Shown: piece by piece, positions 28,859 through 39,035 of the stretch | How the letters are laid out: each line of letters begins with the position of its first letter | Numbering within the stretch: position 1 is the stretch's first letter | NCBI GenBank assembly: GCA_965237675.1 | Contig: OZ250150.1 | Coordinates: 1,088,001-1,152,000 of the forward strand | Direction: 5' to 3' | DNA from: Candidatus Latescibacterota bacterium | GTDB taxonomy: Bacteria > Latescibacterota > UBA2968 > GCA-2709665 | DNA length: 64,000 nt | Translations under genes and position numbers: made by a program | The notes under the pieces: model-generated | What the model was told of the DNA's origin: nothing | Seen by the model: the letters and a program-made list of their open reading frames with translations, nothing else | The model's database searches: none

Positions 28859-31800
28859 CTACTGCGCGAGGATAAAACTGCCCTTTTTCCGGGCCATTTC
28901 ACCGCTTTTCATATCGATAACGGTTACGTTCAGGGCGTACTTGCCCGCGGGGCGGTTCTCCAGTTTGAGTTCCACGTATTCGACTTCCTCGGTGTCCACA
29001 CCCTCCAGTTCGTAGGTAACTTCCAGTTCTTCCTGTTTGCCTCTCCTCCACCGGATCAGGCTGGAGATGATACCGAGTGGGCCGGGTTTGTCATCTGACG
29101 TGACGGTGTAGGAGACCTGGTAGTTCGTATGCCCGAATTCGTCATGCGTCAGGTTATAGATTTCGTAATAGACGAATACATTCTGGCCTACCCTGTAGGT
29201 CCGCGTAGGCATCGGTATGACCCACAGCTTGCCTTTGTTGAACTTATCCTCGGTCTTGGTCTTGGAAATCCGCCATGCCAGTTCCAGGTCGCTCACCTGC
29301 AGGCTCTTCCGGTCATAGGACTCGATCTCAACGTCCTGCCGGTACCGCCCGTGCTGTACGGACAGGTTATCTTTTATTTTGACTTCCATCCGATATCGCC
29401 CCGGGGGCACGTCCATGCGCGCGAGGTCCGGCACGAACGCGCTCCGTTCACCGGTCAGGTCCCCTTTCGCCGCGAAGTGTATCTTTTCCTCGCTCCGGTA
29501 GACCGCTCCGGTTGTCGGATTCCGCAGCGCCACGGTCCTGTCGACCTTGATTTCCGTCCGGTTGTCATCATTCAGATAGTGTCCCTGATGACGCGGTATC
29601 CCCACGTAGACTTCAAGTGCCGTTGCGTCATCCCTTTTGCTTTTGAAATCAGCCGAGGCGAAATAGAATTCCATTGGCAACGTGTTTTTCGGCGGTACGT
29701 AGTAGTTCGGCTGCGCAGCGACGGCCATGCGGTAGACGTTACGGGGGTTGTAGCGGGTCAACATAGCCTGCTGGCGGACGGGAATACGGGCATCCAGCGG
29801 CGCAGGCGCATAGTTGTAGGTACCGTTGTGGAATTCGTCGGTGAAGGTCATCTCGATTCCGCCACCTACGTTGACGTAGGTCCAGGTCTCCCATGGGACC
29901 ATCGAGGCGTCGTCCGCAGCGGTGACCGGGCTGAAGTGCACTGATCTTCCGCTGCCCTGCGCGTTCCCTGCAAATGCTGATTCATTCTCTTGTGTTTCAG
30001 TATCTTCGTCGTAGACTTCCGCGCGAAACCCCGGAGCCTCGCCCACGCCGCCGCGCATGCTGCGTACCGGGTAGACCGGGCCGACGTAGGTGGCGCCGGG
30101 TCCGGAGGACTGGATAGGCTCATCGCCCCAGAGGTGCCCCACGCCGTCGACGTCGGTTGAGGGCTTCATCAACATGTGTGGCGGCACGGCAGACCCGAAC
30201 AGCGCCCGGGAAAGGCGTTCTTTTACCCGCTGAACCGCGAGGGATTGCTGGAAGTTCATGTCGTCGGAGCGGGACCGGTGGTCGGGCTCGCCGAACCGGA
30301 TGTAGACTTCACCGCGCTGGTCCCACGGCTGCTTGCCCGCGGAGAAACTCTGAATGGCGTACCACACGCGCCGATAGTGCTCCAGGCGGCGTTCATTGGC
30401 TGCCGTGGTCAGATCCGGGTCTTGTTCCGACCAGAAGGCTTCCACAGACGCACGTCTGCCGGACGCCGGAGTCTGGTCAAATGCCGCAAGAGTCTCGGAA
30501 GAGGAGATCAGCCGGATATCGTCGTAGTGCGCCCGCTCGGCCTCTTCGACCCCCTCGAGATAGTCTCTGAAAAAGGCAGCGGCCCTGTCGTAGGCCTCCA
30601 GTTTCATGCAGGCCTGTGCGAGAATCGGCAAAACCTCGTCATCTTCCGGATGTTGTACGGCGTAGTCCTCCAATACCTCCAGGATACGGCCGTAGTCCTT
30701 CGTTCTCAGGTAGATCGCTCCCAGCCGCTTCCTTCCCTCCGGATCATCGGGTCGAAGGCCCATGTATTGAGCATAGTAGAGCGCGGCTTTTTCGTAGTCT
30801 TTCTCGAATTCCTCGACCCATTTCCCCATCAGCAGATAGGCGGGAGCATAGCGGGGATCCATTGACAGCACCTTTTTGATTTCCCGACGTACATCGTGTT
30901 CATCGAGTTCGTGCCGTATATCGGCAATATTGAATCGGGCTTCCACGTGGTCCCGGTCGTACTGGAGGGCTTTCTGGAAATAGCGGATGGCGTCGTACGA
31001 TCCTCTGGGCCATTTGCGGAAGGTAAGGCCCAGGCCGTAGTAGGCTTCAGCCAGTCTGTGGTCGCATTCGATCGCGCGTTCGAAGGCCTTAATGGCGCGG
31101 ACCAGCCTCCCGACCTCCAGATAGGCGAATCCAAGCCTGCTGTGCCCGCGGGCGAAGTCAGGCGCCACGCCGGCAAGGATTTCCAGGGTAGATATCGCCC
31201 TGAGCGGCTCACGCGGGGTGAGTTCAATGCCGAGAGTGAGCAGTGAGTCGATCTGTGCCCTACCCACGCGCCGGTCGACGGTACGGTAACCCGCGCCGCT
31301 ACGGACGGATTCAACCAGGTGACCGTCGTGGAAGTAGCTGGTGACAACGGCTTCAGCGTCCACTGCCTCCGGACGGTATCCGTGCGCGTAGCTGATCCGG
31401 CGGCCTTTTTTAGGGTCCGACGCTGAGCGGAACAACGTTTTCATGACAATTGAGTCGGCCGGCGTCAGCGGATGGGTTTCGATCCAGTTCTTGAGGGTCT
31501 CCAGGTCGGACGGCCGCTGGTTTTCATGGGCCTGTTCATAGGCGTAAAGGACGTCTCCGATAACGGTCAGATGGTCCCGGCAGACCCAGCGGGCGCCGGG
31601 CGCCTGTCCGGCTTCCCGGGCCGTTGCGGCCAGCGCCTTTGCGTAAGACAGGACCGGCTCATCGTAGAGCCCGTACTTTCTGAATCGCACAGGCAGGGCC
31701 TCCCATGCCCGGGAGGCTTTAACGTAGCGATCCACTGCCGCTCGAAATTCCCAGCGGTGCACGGTGGTGTAAGCCAGGGCCGAGGCGTTGAATGCGGTCG

Positions 31801-32314
31801 CAACGCCCCGCAGCACCGCCTTTGCAGCCGGACTCGGGGAGGGCGGTCTTCCGCGCTCCGCATCCGACGCCGTTCCCGGTTCCACGTCGACGGTTCCGGT
31901 CAACCGTGTGATGGAACCGTCGCGGATCGAGACTTCCCAGACATTGGATGGGACCAGCGGTACGGATCGCTTCGGCACCATGGTCAGACTATGCACGGGG
32001 ACTCTCAATGGGGTATCCCGATAGCGAAGTCGTTCCCCGCGTGAAACCCACGCCAGCCGCCCGGGGCGCCCCGGAAAGGTGCCGAGATGGCGAGGCGGGT
32101 TTCCCTCGGTTTCGACCCAGATTTCGGTAATGGCAGACGAACCGGTTTCCAGCTCGATAGCCCACGCGGTATGGCCATCGCTGGAAGCCGATATCGAGGT
32201 TTGACGAACTTCCGCATTGAGATCCGTGAGTGGATAAAATGCGGAAATAGTCGCGGCCAAAAACAGAATCAATGCCCGTTGTTTCACACGCACAGATTCG
32301 CCACCTGATGTCAT
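28859..32314 (-). CDS. GWxTD-domain TPR protein
   Basis: TPRs; FWSEQDPDLTTAANERRLEHYRRV..PWDQRGEVYIRFGEPD; paralogue of 22962-26732. Confidence 0.85.
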   Translation of the reverse strand: MTSGGESVRVKQRALILFLAATISAFYPLTDLNAEVRQTSISASSDGHTAWAIELETGSSAITEIWVETEGNPPRHLGTFPGRPGRLAWVSRGERLRYRDTPLRVPVHSLTMVPKRSVPLVPSNVWEVSIRDGSITRLTGTVDVEPGTASDAERGRPPSPSPAAKAVLRGVATAFNASALAYTTVHRWEFRAAVDRYVKASRAWEALPVRFRKYGLYDEPVLSYAKALAATAREAGQAPGARWVCRDHLTVIGDVLYAYEQAHENQRPSDLETLKNWIETHPLTPADSIVMKTLFRSASDPKKGRRISYAHGYRPEAVDAEAVVTSYFHDGHLVESVRSGAGYRTVDRRVGRAQIDSLLTLGIELTPREPLRAISTLEILAGVAPDFARGHSRLGFAYLEVGRLVRAIKAFERAIECDHRLAEAYYGLGLTFRKWPRGSYDAIRYFQKALQYDRDHVEARFNIADIRHELDEHDVRREIKKVLSMDPRYAPAYLLMGKWVEEFEKDYEKAALYYAQYMGLRPDDPEGRKRLGAIYLRTKDYGRILEVLEDYAVQHPEDDEVLPILAQACMKLEAYDRAAAFFRDYLEGVEEAERAHYDDIRLISSSETLAAFDQTPASGRRASVEAFWSEQDPDLTTAANERRLEHYRRVWYAIQSFSAGKQPWDQRGEVYIRFGEPDHRSRSDDMNFQQSLAVQRVKERLSRALFGSAVPPHMLMKPSTDVDGVGHLWGDEPIQSSGPGATYVGPVYPVRSMRGGVGEAPGFRAEVYDEDTETQENESAFAGNAQGSGRSVHFSPVTAADDASMVPWETWTYVNVGGGIEMTFTDEFHNGTYNYAPAPLDARIPVRQQAMLTRYNPRNVYRMAVAAQPNYYVPPKNTLPMEFYFASADFKSKRDDATALEVYVGIPRHQGHYLNDDNRTEIKVDRTVALRNPTTGAVYRSEEKIHFAAKGDLTGERSAFVPDLARMDVPPGRYRMEVKIKDNLSVQHGRYRQDVEIESYDRKSLQVSDLELAWRISKTKTEDKFNKGKLWVIPMPTRTYRVGQNVFVYYEIYNLTHDEFGHTNYQVSYTVTSDDKPGPLGIISSLIRWRRGKQEELEVTYELEGVDTEEVEYVELKLENRPAGKYALNVTVIDMKSGEMARKKGSFILAQ

Positions 32315-32594
32315 GTCATCAACCTTTTCTGCCTAATAGCGATTGAACGACGGTTGTTGTTCCAGGCCGGGAAGACGTGTCCCCTCGTATTTCGTCGTCT
32401 CACCGTACCTCGTTCCGATTCAGCAAGATATGCGATTTTTTACGACAGAGCAAAGGCTTTGCGAATGAACTACCGGGGTTATTTCGAAATTGGCAGCAGG
32501 ATGGGAAGACCCAGACCTGCGGGGCGCGCCACCGGACGGCGACCCCTCCCCGGCGCGGGGAGGGGTGGGATGATCCCACGCGAGCAGGAGATGC

Positions 32595-33026
32595 TTCGTC
32601 AGCCTGCCGGCTTCCTCAGCATGACAGCGTGGGCGCACGTATGACTAACGCATTTCTCGAATGATGATGATTGGCCGCCCTGTCATTCTGAGCGCAGTCG
32701 AAGAATCTCCCGAAACGCGGACGCTGCGTGCGTTGCGCTTGTCGAAGCGCCCGTGTTTCGGCTTACCCTTCGCCGACCCTTCGACAGGCTCTGGGCGCGA
32801 GCTCAGGGAGCGGCTCAGGGTGCAGGCGCCCATCCGTGGATTCAGCCGAGCGATGTACATCTCATCTCTTCCTATCTCCATCAATATCTCCAGGCCAATC
32901 CCGAAATCACATCAATTACAGTCTCTTCATGGGTTTTAATCACAGTCCATCACCACAATCATAGTCAATCACTGTCAATCACAGTCCATCCCGATAATCA
33001 TAGTCAATCATAGTTAATCACAGTCC
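32595..33026. repeat. TGTCATTCTGAG / CTTCGACAGGCTCAG modules plus second copy of the AATCACAGT microsatellite repeat
   Basis: ccggcttcctcagcatgaca at 32607-32626, tgtcattctgagcgcagtcgaagaatctccc at 32681, about nine ~10-mers at 32938-33026. Confidence 0.8.
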
Positions 33027-33830
33027 AGGGGTGTAGATCAGAACTTCATCTGTCGATTCCAAATTCTTCAGACCGCCGGAAACCATTATCCGGCCGTCAT
33101 TGAGGAGCGTTATGGTATATAACGATCGGTTCTGACCTATGCCGTGTCCCGTACGTGTGGCAGTACCAGTTGCTGGATCATAAATCGCCACGTCTTTGCC
33201 ACTCAAGAGAAACACTTTGCCCGTGGGCAACAGTAACGCGGTGTGGATGGATGGTAATCCCGTATCACCTGGCGGCATAAACGTGTCTGTTGAGGGGTCA
33301 TACAATTCGGCTGTCAGTACATACTGTACGTTCTCCGGTGTGATGTCGCCCTCTTGCCCTCCAATGATCAACACCCTTCCGTCCTGGAGAAGCATTGTTT
33401 CGTGTCCCCACCGTTCGTCGTTCAATTCGCCAGCTTCGGTAAAGGAATTGGACGAGGGGTCGTAGATTTCAGTTCCTTTGACCAGGCCGTCAGCATTGAA
33501 TCCCCCAGCGATGAGAACGCGGCCATCTCGCAGAAGGGTGGCCGAATGGGCCGATCGGGGAGTGATCATCCTTTTTGCGGGCGTGAATTTCCAGGTATCC
33601 GGATCGAGAATACCCGCGCTGCCCTGCGCATCGGTCGTGAAGATAGCTCCTGTCGAGAGTATGGTGGTCGCCACACCCCTTCTCAACTCGGGCACGTCCG
33701 CCAGCACCGCGAATCTTCCGGCTTGCGGGTCGTAAATCTCCGGTGGATAGAGATCGGTACCTTTGATGAGAACTCTACCATCCTGCAACAGGATTGCTTT
33801 GTGCTGTGTGCGGGGTTGTAAGTCCCAGGA
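33018..33830 (-). pseudogene. 5'-truncated kelch-repeat gene (paralogue 6)
   Basis: Homology begins mid-protein (DLQPRTQHKAILLQDGRVL); in-frame stop just upstream; no signal peptide; closest to paralogue 5 (IGQNRSLYT..GGLKNLESTD). Confidence 0.7.
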
Positions 33831-34257
33831 ACAAAGACACGGGGTACGTCAGGCGGGTTCAGTAAATTTGATGTACAACCCCGGATATGCCGGAAAGGAG
33901 GTCATTTTGCATTTTTCGGTACCAATGACCTACCGGCGTGCGTTTGTTTCTTTTTGGGATATTGTTAGGATGGAATAGCGTATCGGTGGGAGGATAGGAT
34001 ACTCCTACAACTGGAGGGAGCCTGGCAATCTCGTCTTGCAACTTCAGGCTATCAAGGAGGCAGATTTCAAGTGCTGAGTCTCGATGTGGCGGATGACTGG
34101 TAGGAGCAATCGAGGGATAGATCTGCGGAACGTGTCAATAAAAATGAGACAACTCTCGTAGGAATTTACTGACGCAACTGATGGCATTCGATGGTGTTCC
34201 CAGGTGGGTGTAATCGCAGGAATTAGATAGTGAGGAAATAATCTATAATTGTATTTT

Positions 34258-34617
34258 TGGTGGAGGCGGCGGGAATCGAACCCGCGTCCGGAAGAAAATC
34301 AACGACAGCGTCTACGTGTGTAGTTTACCTTTTGAATCTCACGCGCGGGCGCCCCGGTAAACGGGGTTGCCAGCGCGCCAGCTCGATTAAATCTCGCTCA
34401 CGGTCCCTCGAGCAGAGGTCCGCGAGCCAGCCCGCATAAGTCGACGCCCCGGGCGGGCCCTGCAGGCAAAGCCCGTCGGAACGGGCCGCGTTTTAGTTAC
34501 GCAGCCATTGCGTACGTATTGTCCGCAATTACATGGGTTTCCCACAGTTTAACGAGGTTATGGGACCTCGACACGCAGCCATCGCCTCTCCACCCCCGTC
34601 GAATCCAGGTCGCCCCC
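34258..34617 (-). ncRNA. ssrA: Transfer-messenger RNA
   Basis: 5' GGGGGCGACCTGGATTCGAC; 3' GCGGGTTCGATTCCCGCCGCCTCCACCA with a G3.U pair; tag ORF 34526-34497 GCG GAC AAT ACG TAC GCA ATG GCT GCG TAA = ADNTYAMAA. Confidence 0.96.
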
Positions 34618-34623
34618 ACACAG

Positions 34624-34812
34624 TAGTGTTCTGTCCGGGAAATAGATTGCCGTAATTCGGCCGCCGAGTCGCCCGGCTGGCAAGGCGCCTGAGCGAGTCG
34701 ACCTGGGCAAGGTCGGCGAGCAAAGGCACTTCGACAAGCTCAGCGCAAGCAACGCAGCCAGACGGGATGAATCGGCGGAAGAATGGTGACATATTTCTGG
34801 AACGGGACACAA
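34624..34812. mobile_element. Possible MITE in the ssrA leader
   Basis: Imperfect terminal IRs tagtgttctgtccgggaaatag / atatttctggaacgggacacaa (15/22); internal cttcgacaagctcag REP. Confidence 0.45.
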
Positions 34813-34845
34813 AGCCCGGGCCACCTGGTCGCCCGAACCACTCGA

Positions 34846-34874
34846 AATATAGCCCGGTAGCCCATCGCTGTCAA
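34846..34874 (-). promoter_or_regulatory. Sigma70-like promoter, probably for ssrA
   Basis: Minus strand TTGACA-17 nt-TATATT. Confidence 0.7.
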
Positions 34875-35027
34875 GCATGGCCGTGCTTTCTGACCCTATA
34901 ACGGGGGCCAGGTCGGTCGGATGTCGACTGAGAGGCCTGATGCCGTGGCGGTTGCTGTGCGTACCTGGACACAGGGCTGCGGCACACGAACGCTCAGCGG
35001 AATTGATCATCGTGGCGTCTCCGGCCA

Positions 35028-35654
35028 TCACCGCGTCGCCTCGTCCGGTTCGTCGATCGGTGGAAAAGGCGACTCTGCCGGCCACCAATTTACGGGCAGC
35101 GGCCAACCCAGCGCCCGGTACACCGTCTCGCAGACCCTCCGATTGCGCTTTGTCATGACGGAAAGGAATCCCAGGCTTAGATACGTCCTTATAGCCGCCA
35201 GTTGGAGGTTTTGGGGCGTCACCCTGAGCGTGGTCAGGGTCGAGGCGGGATAACCGCGCCGGCGTTGATACCGAAGCACCGCGGCGCACACACGAAATGC
35301 GAGTCTGGCGCCCCGGTGTCCGGGACGAACGCACACATAGTCGAGTTGTCCCCACGCCGGATCGACTTCATCCCGCCGGGTGGCGAAGCACAGCGCTGCC
35401 AGCCGTCCCTGGGTCTCAACGACGTACGACCCTTCCAGCCGGTCCGGGGCCTCCAGGTATTCCGTCATCCCAGGGGCGTCAAAAGGGGTCCATCCCACGC
35501 CGGCCGATACCATCAGTTCGGGCAGATGAACCTCGTCGCCCGGTCTCAACGTCCGTAAACGGTAGTCTCGAGGACACGCCCGGACCGGTAGCGTTCCGAT
35601 TGCCCCGGCGGAGATATTCATGCGTATCTGAAGGCAAAAGTCTTCAACACCCAT
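35028..35654 (-). CDS. GNAT family N-acetyltransferase
   Basis: GQLDYVCVRPGHRGARLA..AAIRTYLSLGF; start uncertain. Confidence 0.82.
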   Translation of the reverse strand: MGVEDFCLQIRMNISAGAIGTLPVRACPRDYRLRTLRPGDEVHLPELMVSAGVGWTPFDAPGMTEYLEAPDRLEGSYVVETQGRLAALCFATRRDEVDPAWGQLDYVCVRPGHRGARLAFRVCAAVLRYQRRRGYPASTLTTLRVTPQNLQLAAIRTYLSLGFLSVMTKRNRRVCETVYRALGWPLPVNWWPAESPFPPIDEPDEATR

Positions 35655-35667
35655 CCGGAGAAACCTT

Positions 35668-35960
35668 TCAAACGGTGAGACGCAAGACGCAAGAAGTAAG
35701 AAGACCACCCAACACCCCGTCGTTTTTCGCCTTTTTCACGTCGTGGCGTGGTGTGGACGGGCGGGCTGAATGCTGATTGCTAATTGCTGTCAGCTTCTTT
35801 CTCACTTCTCACTGTCTTTACTGATCGCGGGCGATCCGTGGATCGCCCCTACAGATGCGATGTCGTCGCTTGTGGATTTCGCTGTTTGTTTTAAGCTGAA
35901 CGCTGACAGCTTATTTCTCGCTTCTTGCTGTTTTTGCTGACTGCTGATCCCTGACAGCTT
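35668..35960. repeat. Heptamer runs plus GTAG-type REP
   Basis: gtgagac-gcaagac-gcaagaa-gtaagaa; gctgaat-gctgatt-gctaatt; gggcgatccgtggatcgcccctac at 35829-35852. Confidence 0.7.
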
Positions 35961-35972
35961 TTTTCCCAAGAG

Positions 35973-36001
35973 TTGACGGGGGTCGTTGATTCAATTAAAT
36001 T
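35973..36001 (+). promoter_or_regulatory. Putative sigma70 promoter of ilvD
   Basis: TTGACG-17-TAAATT. Confidence 0.45.
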
Positions 36002-36088
36002 AAGGTGCGGTGGACCGAATGCAAAATGGAAAAGGTCTCGTCAAGGACGATAATACGACTTGCTGGCGGAATCCGAGAAAGGGAAAAA

Positions 36089-37762
36089 ATGACCTTGAAC
36101 AAGTACAGCTCCAGGATAACGCAGGTGAAATCCCAGGGCGCTTCCCAGGCGATGTTGTACGGAACGGGAATGACCGAATCGGATATGGACAAGGCGCAAG
36201 TGGGTATCGCGAGCATGTGGTACGAGGGCAATACCTGCAATATGCACTTGCTGGACCTTGCCGCAAAGGTGAAGCAGGGCGTGGACGCGGCCGGTCTGCT
36301 GGGAATGCGATTCAACACCATTGGCGTCAGCGACGGAATTTCGATGGGAACGGAAGGCATGAGCTATTCTCTTCAGTCGCGGGACCTCATTGCGGATTCC
36401 ATTGAGACGGTGATGGGCGCACAATGGTACGACGCCAACATATCTCTCCCGGGCTGCGATAAGAACATGCCCGGTTGTGTGATGGCCATGGGGCGGTTGA
36501 ACCGGCCGTCTTTGATGATATACGGAGGTACGATCAAGCCGGGTTTCCGTGACCACAAGAAGCTCGACATCGTGTCCGCGTTTCAGAGTTACGGAGAGTA
36601 CCTGGCTGGCAAATTGGACGACGAGGCGTGGAAGGGTGTGGTGCAGCACGCCTGCCCGGGGGCCGGAGCGTGCGGGGGGATGTATACCGCGAATACGATG
36701 GCGTCCGCCATCGAAGCGATGGGTATGTCGCTGCCCTACAGTTCTTCGACGCCCGCTGTCGACAAGGGAAAGCTGGAGGAGTGCTTCAAATCCGGCGCCG
36801 CCATCCGGAACTTGCTCGAGCAAGACATCAAACCGCGGGATATCATGACCCGCGAGGCGTTTGAGAACGCGATGGTCGTGGTGATGGCCTTCGGTGGGTC
36901 GACCAATGCGGTGCTGCACATGGTTGCAATTGCAAAGTCCGTGGGGGTCCCGCTTACCATCGAGGATTTTCAGGCGGTGAGCGACCGGGTGCCGTTGTTG
37001 GCGGACTTCAAGCCGAGCGGGCTCTATGTGATGGAAGATCTGCATAACGTGGGCGGAACGCCGGGTGCGATGAAGGTTCTGCTGGAAAACGGCTTTCTGA
37101 ATGGAGACTGTCTGACGGTAACCGGCAGGACGATTGCCGAGAATCTGGCGGGGTTGCCCGGGCTCGATGAGGGACAGCAGGTGGTTCGGCCGGTTGACCG
37201 GCCGATCAAGGCCACCGGGCATTTACGGATTCTGAGGGGAAACCTGGCGTCCGAAGGCGCGGTCGCCAAGATTACGGGCAAGGAAGGAGTGCGCTTCGCC
37301 GGTCCCGCCATGGTCTTCGACCGGGAGGAGGATGTGCTGGGGGCAGTGGAACGGAACGAGGTAAAGAAGGGATGTGTGGTCGTCATCCGTTACGAAGGGC
37401 CGAAAGGCGGGCCGGGCATGCCCGAGATGCTGACGCCCACGTCGGTGATTATGGGCGCGGGCCTCGGACAGGACGTGGCATTGATTACCGACGGACGTTT
37501 TTCAGGCGGTTCGCACGGGTTCGTCGTGGGGCATATCACGCCAGAAGCGCAGGAGGGCGGGACGATCGCCCTTATCGGAAACGGGGACGTGATTACCATC
37601 GACGCGGAATCCAACGAGATCAACGTGGACCTGAGCGACGAGGAACTGGCGAAACGCCGGGCGGCATGGGCGGCACCGCCGTACAAGGCCACACAGGGGA
37701 CGCTTTACAAATATATCAAGACCGTGACGACGGCTTCCGAGGGATGTGTGACGGACGAGTGA
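36089..37762 (+). CDS. ilvD: Dihydroxy-acid dehydratase
   Basis: [57 protein letters not shown]. Confidence 0.97.
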   Translation: MTLNKYSSRITQVKSQGASQAMLYGTGMTESDMDKAQVGIASMWYEGNTCNMHLLDLAAKVKQGVDAAGLLGMRFNTIGVSDGISMGTEGMSYSLQSRDLIADSIETVMGAQWYDANISLPGCDKNMPGCVMAMGRLNRPSLMIYGGTIKPGFRDHKKLDIVSAFQSYGEYLAGKLDDEAWKGVVQHACPGAGACGGMYTANTMASAIEAMGMSLPYSSSTPAVDKGKLEECFKSGAAIRNLLEQDIKPRDIMTREAFENAMVVVMAFGGSTNAVLHMVAIAKSVGVPLTIEDFQAVSDRVPLLADFKPSGLYVMEDLHNVGGTPGAMKVLLENGFLNGDCLTVTGRTIAENLAGLPGLDEGQQVVRPVDRPIKATGHLRILRGNLASEGAVAKITGKEGVRFAGPAMVFDREEDVLGAVERNEVKKGCVVVIRYEGPKGGPGMPEMLTPTSVIMGAGLGQDVALITDGRFSGGSHGFVVGHITPEAQEGGTIALIGNGDVITIDAESNEINVDLSDEELAKRRAAWAAPPYKATQGTLYKYIKTVTTASEGCVTDE

Positions 37763-37842
37763 ATGAAGGTCCGCTCGTCAGTACATCAGCCGGGGGAGCG
37801 ATTCGGAATTGTATTCAGCACTGAGTCTCGGACATCATCATA

Positions 37843-37881
37843 TAAAAAAAGAGATGCCCGCTGTCAAAGACAGCGGGCGTC
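37843..37881 (-). terminator. Intrinsic terminator (U-tract on minus strand)
   Basis: gatgcccgctgtc-aaa-gacagcgggcgtc stem with an A7 run on its left. Confidence 0.65.
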
Positions 37882-38020
37882 GGGCCGGAGAATACTATCC
37901 TCCGGGGGGCACATATGCCATAGCACGTGATAGATTTACCACTTACTGGCTAATTGTCAAGAAAAACACCCTTACGGCCATATTCTGCGTTGTCCTAAGA
38001 CGTGGAGAAACTGATTTGTA

Positions 38021-38380
38021 ATGCATCGTGAATTGTCCTCTTTTGATTGGGAAACCTTTTGCCGTCACGTGGAAAATAGAGGAAGGGTAGTATTCAACGT
38101 GTCGTGGAGAAACAGGTGCGCGCTGGAGTTGAAGCTGCCCTGGAGTTTTCTTCTTCTGAACCTGTTTGTTCGCAAGTTTGAATTAATCGTGCTTGCGGTG
38201 TCCGTCTACCTGACTTTCACCGGTGCATGGCTATTCGGCATTGTTGGTCTTCTGGTTTGGTACATCGTCCTTTTCCCATTGAAGAAAAAGAGTGTAGTTA
38301 CTGCTATAACGCTCCACGCCGTGGATGATCGTGAATACTTCAATCTGGCCAGCCAGCTTGGAACTTTTCGGTTGGAATAA
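38021..38380 (+). CDS. Small hypothetical membrane protein
   Basis: Two hydrophobic segments; ggaga RBS; lower GC than flanks. Confidence 0.65.
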   Translation: MHRELSSFDWETFCRHVENRGRVVFNVSWRNRCALELKLPWSFLLLNLFVRKFELIVLAVSVYLTFTGAWLFGIVGLLVWYIVLFPLKKKSVVTAITLHAVDDREYFNLASQLGTFRLE

Positions 38381-38648
38381 CGAATGATAACCGTAATTCA
38401 CCTGAAACTCGATGCCAGTATGTGCGGGCACGATGCCCGCGTTCCCGGTAAAAAATCGCGCCGCTCACCACCAACCTCGAACGCCAACACCAGGCGTCCC
38501 CTGTTGGCCCGCAACATCACCGGAACAACAGGTCACCCGCTACGCGGGTGGAACTGGATTCTCCGCGCTTTGACGTCAAGAATCATCATTGTACGGAAAA
38601 ACCGGCACCGCACAATGGCTTGCGGCTTAAGATTTTCTCTCACAGCCG

Positions 38649-38860
38649 CCCGGTCTGGGTGGAAGGGGCTTTTCCGCGCTAATCCGTTCAGCATCATCGT
38701 TCAAGAATGCCTGAACACGCCGCAGGGCAACGGTTTACGTTCTTTCCACAGTGGTGGTTTGCGGAAAAGCAGCCCCGCGGCGTCTGAGCGGCGCCCTTCT
38801 TTTTCGCCCTTTTTCTTGGGCGATGCAAGAAAAAGGGCAAGGGAATAGGGGACGTTAGGG
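38649..38860 (+). repeat. 81-nt-loop scaffold element, copy B
   Basis: TTTTCCGCG 38670-38678 / TGCGGAAAA 38760-38768. Confidence 0.85.
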
Positions 38861-39035
38861 GGTGGAGGAGATTGTATCTCAAAGGCGCCGAAACGCGGGC
38901 ACTTCGACAGGCTCAGTGTGCACATTTCGACAAGCTCAACGACCACGCGTCGGCAAACCCAGGGCAGGCAAGGAACCTTGAACGCTGTTTTCCGTCCTTT
39001 GTCATCTACATTAGCGATCCTTGTGATCGCTTTTT

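Noticed and set aside
27620-29098. Long alternative ORFs (27620-29098 +, 36041-37222 -, 53878-55188 +, 138-1079 - and similar)
   Set aside because: Antisense shadows of well-supported genes in GC-rich DNA, with no family motifs.
34258-34290. tRNA gene
   Set aside because: The T-arm and CCA belong to tmRNA; the matching 5' end is 360 nt away with a tag ORF in between.
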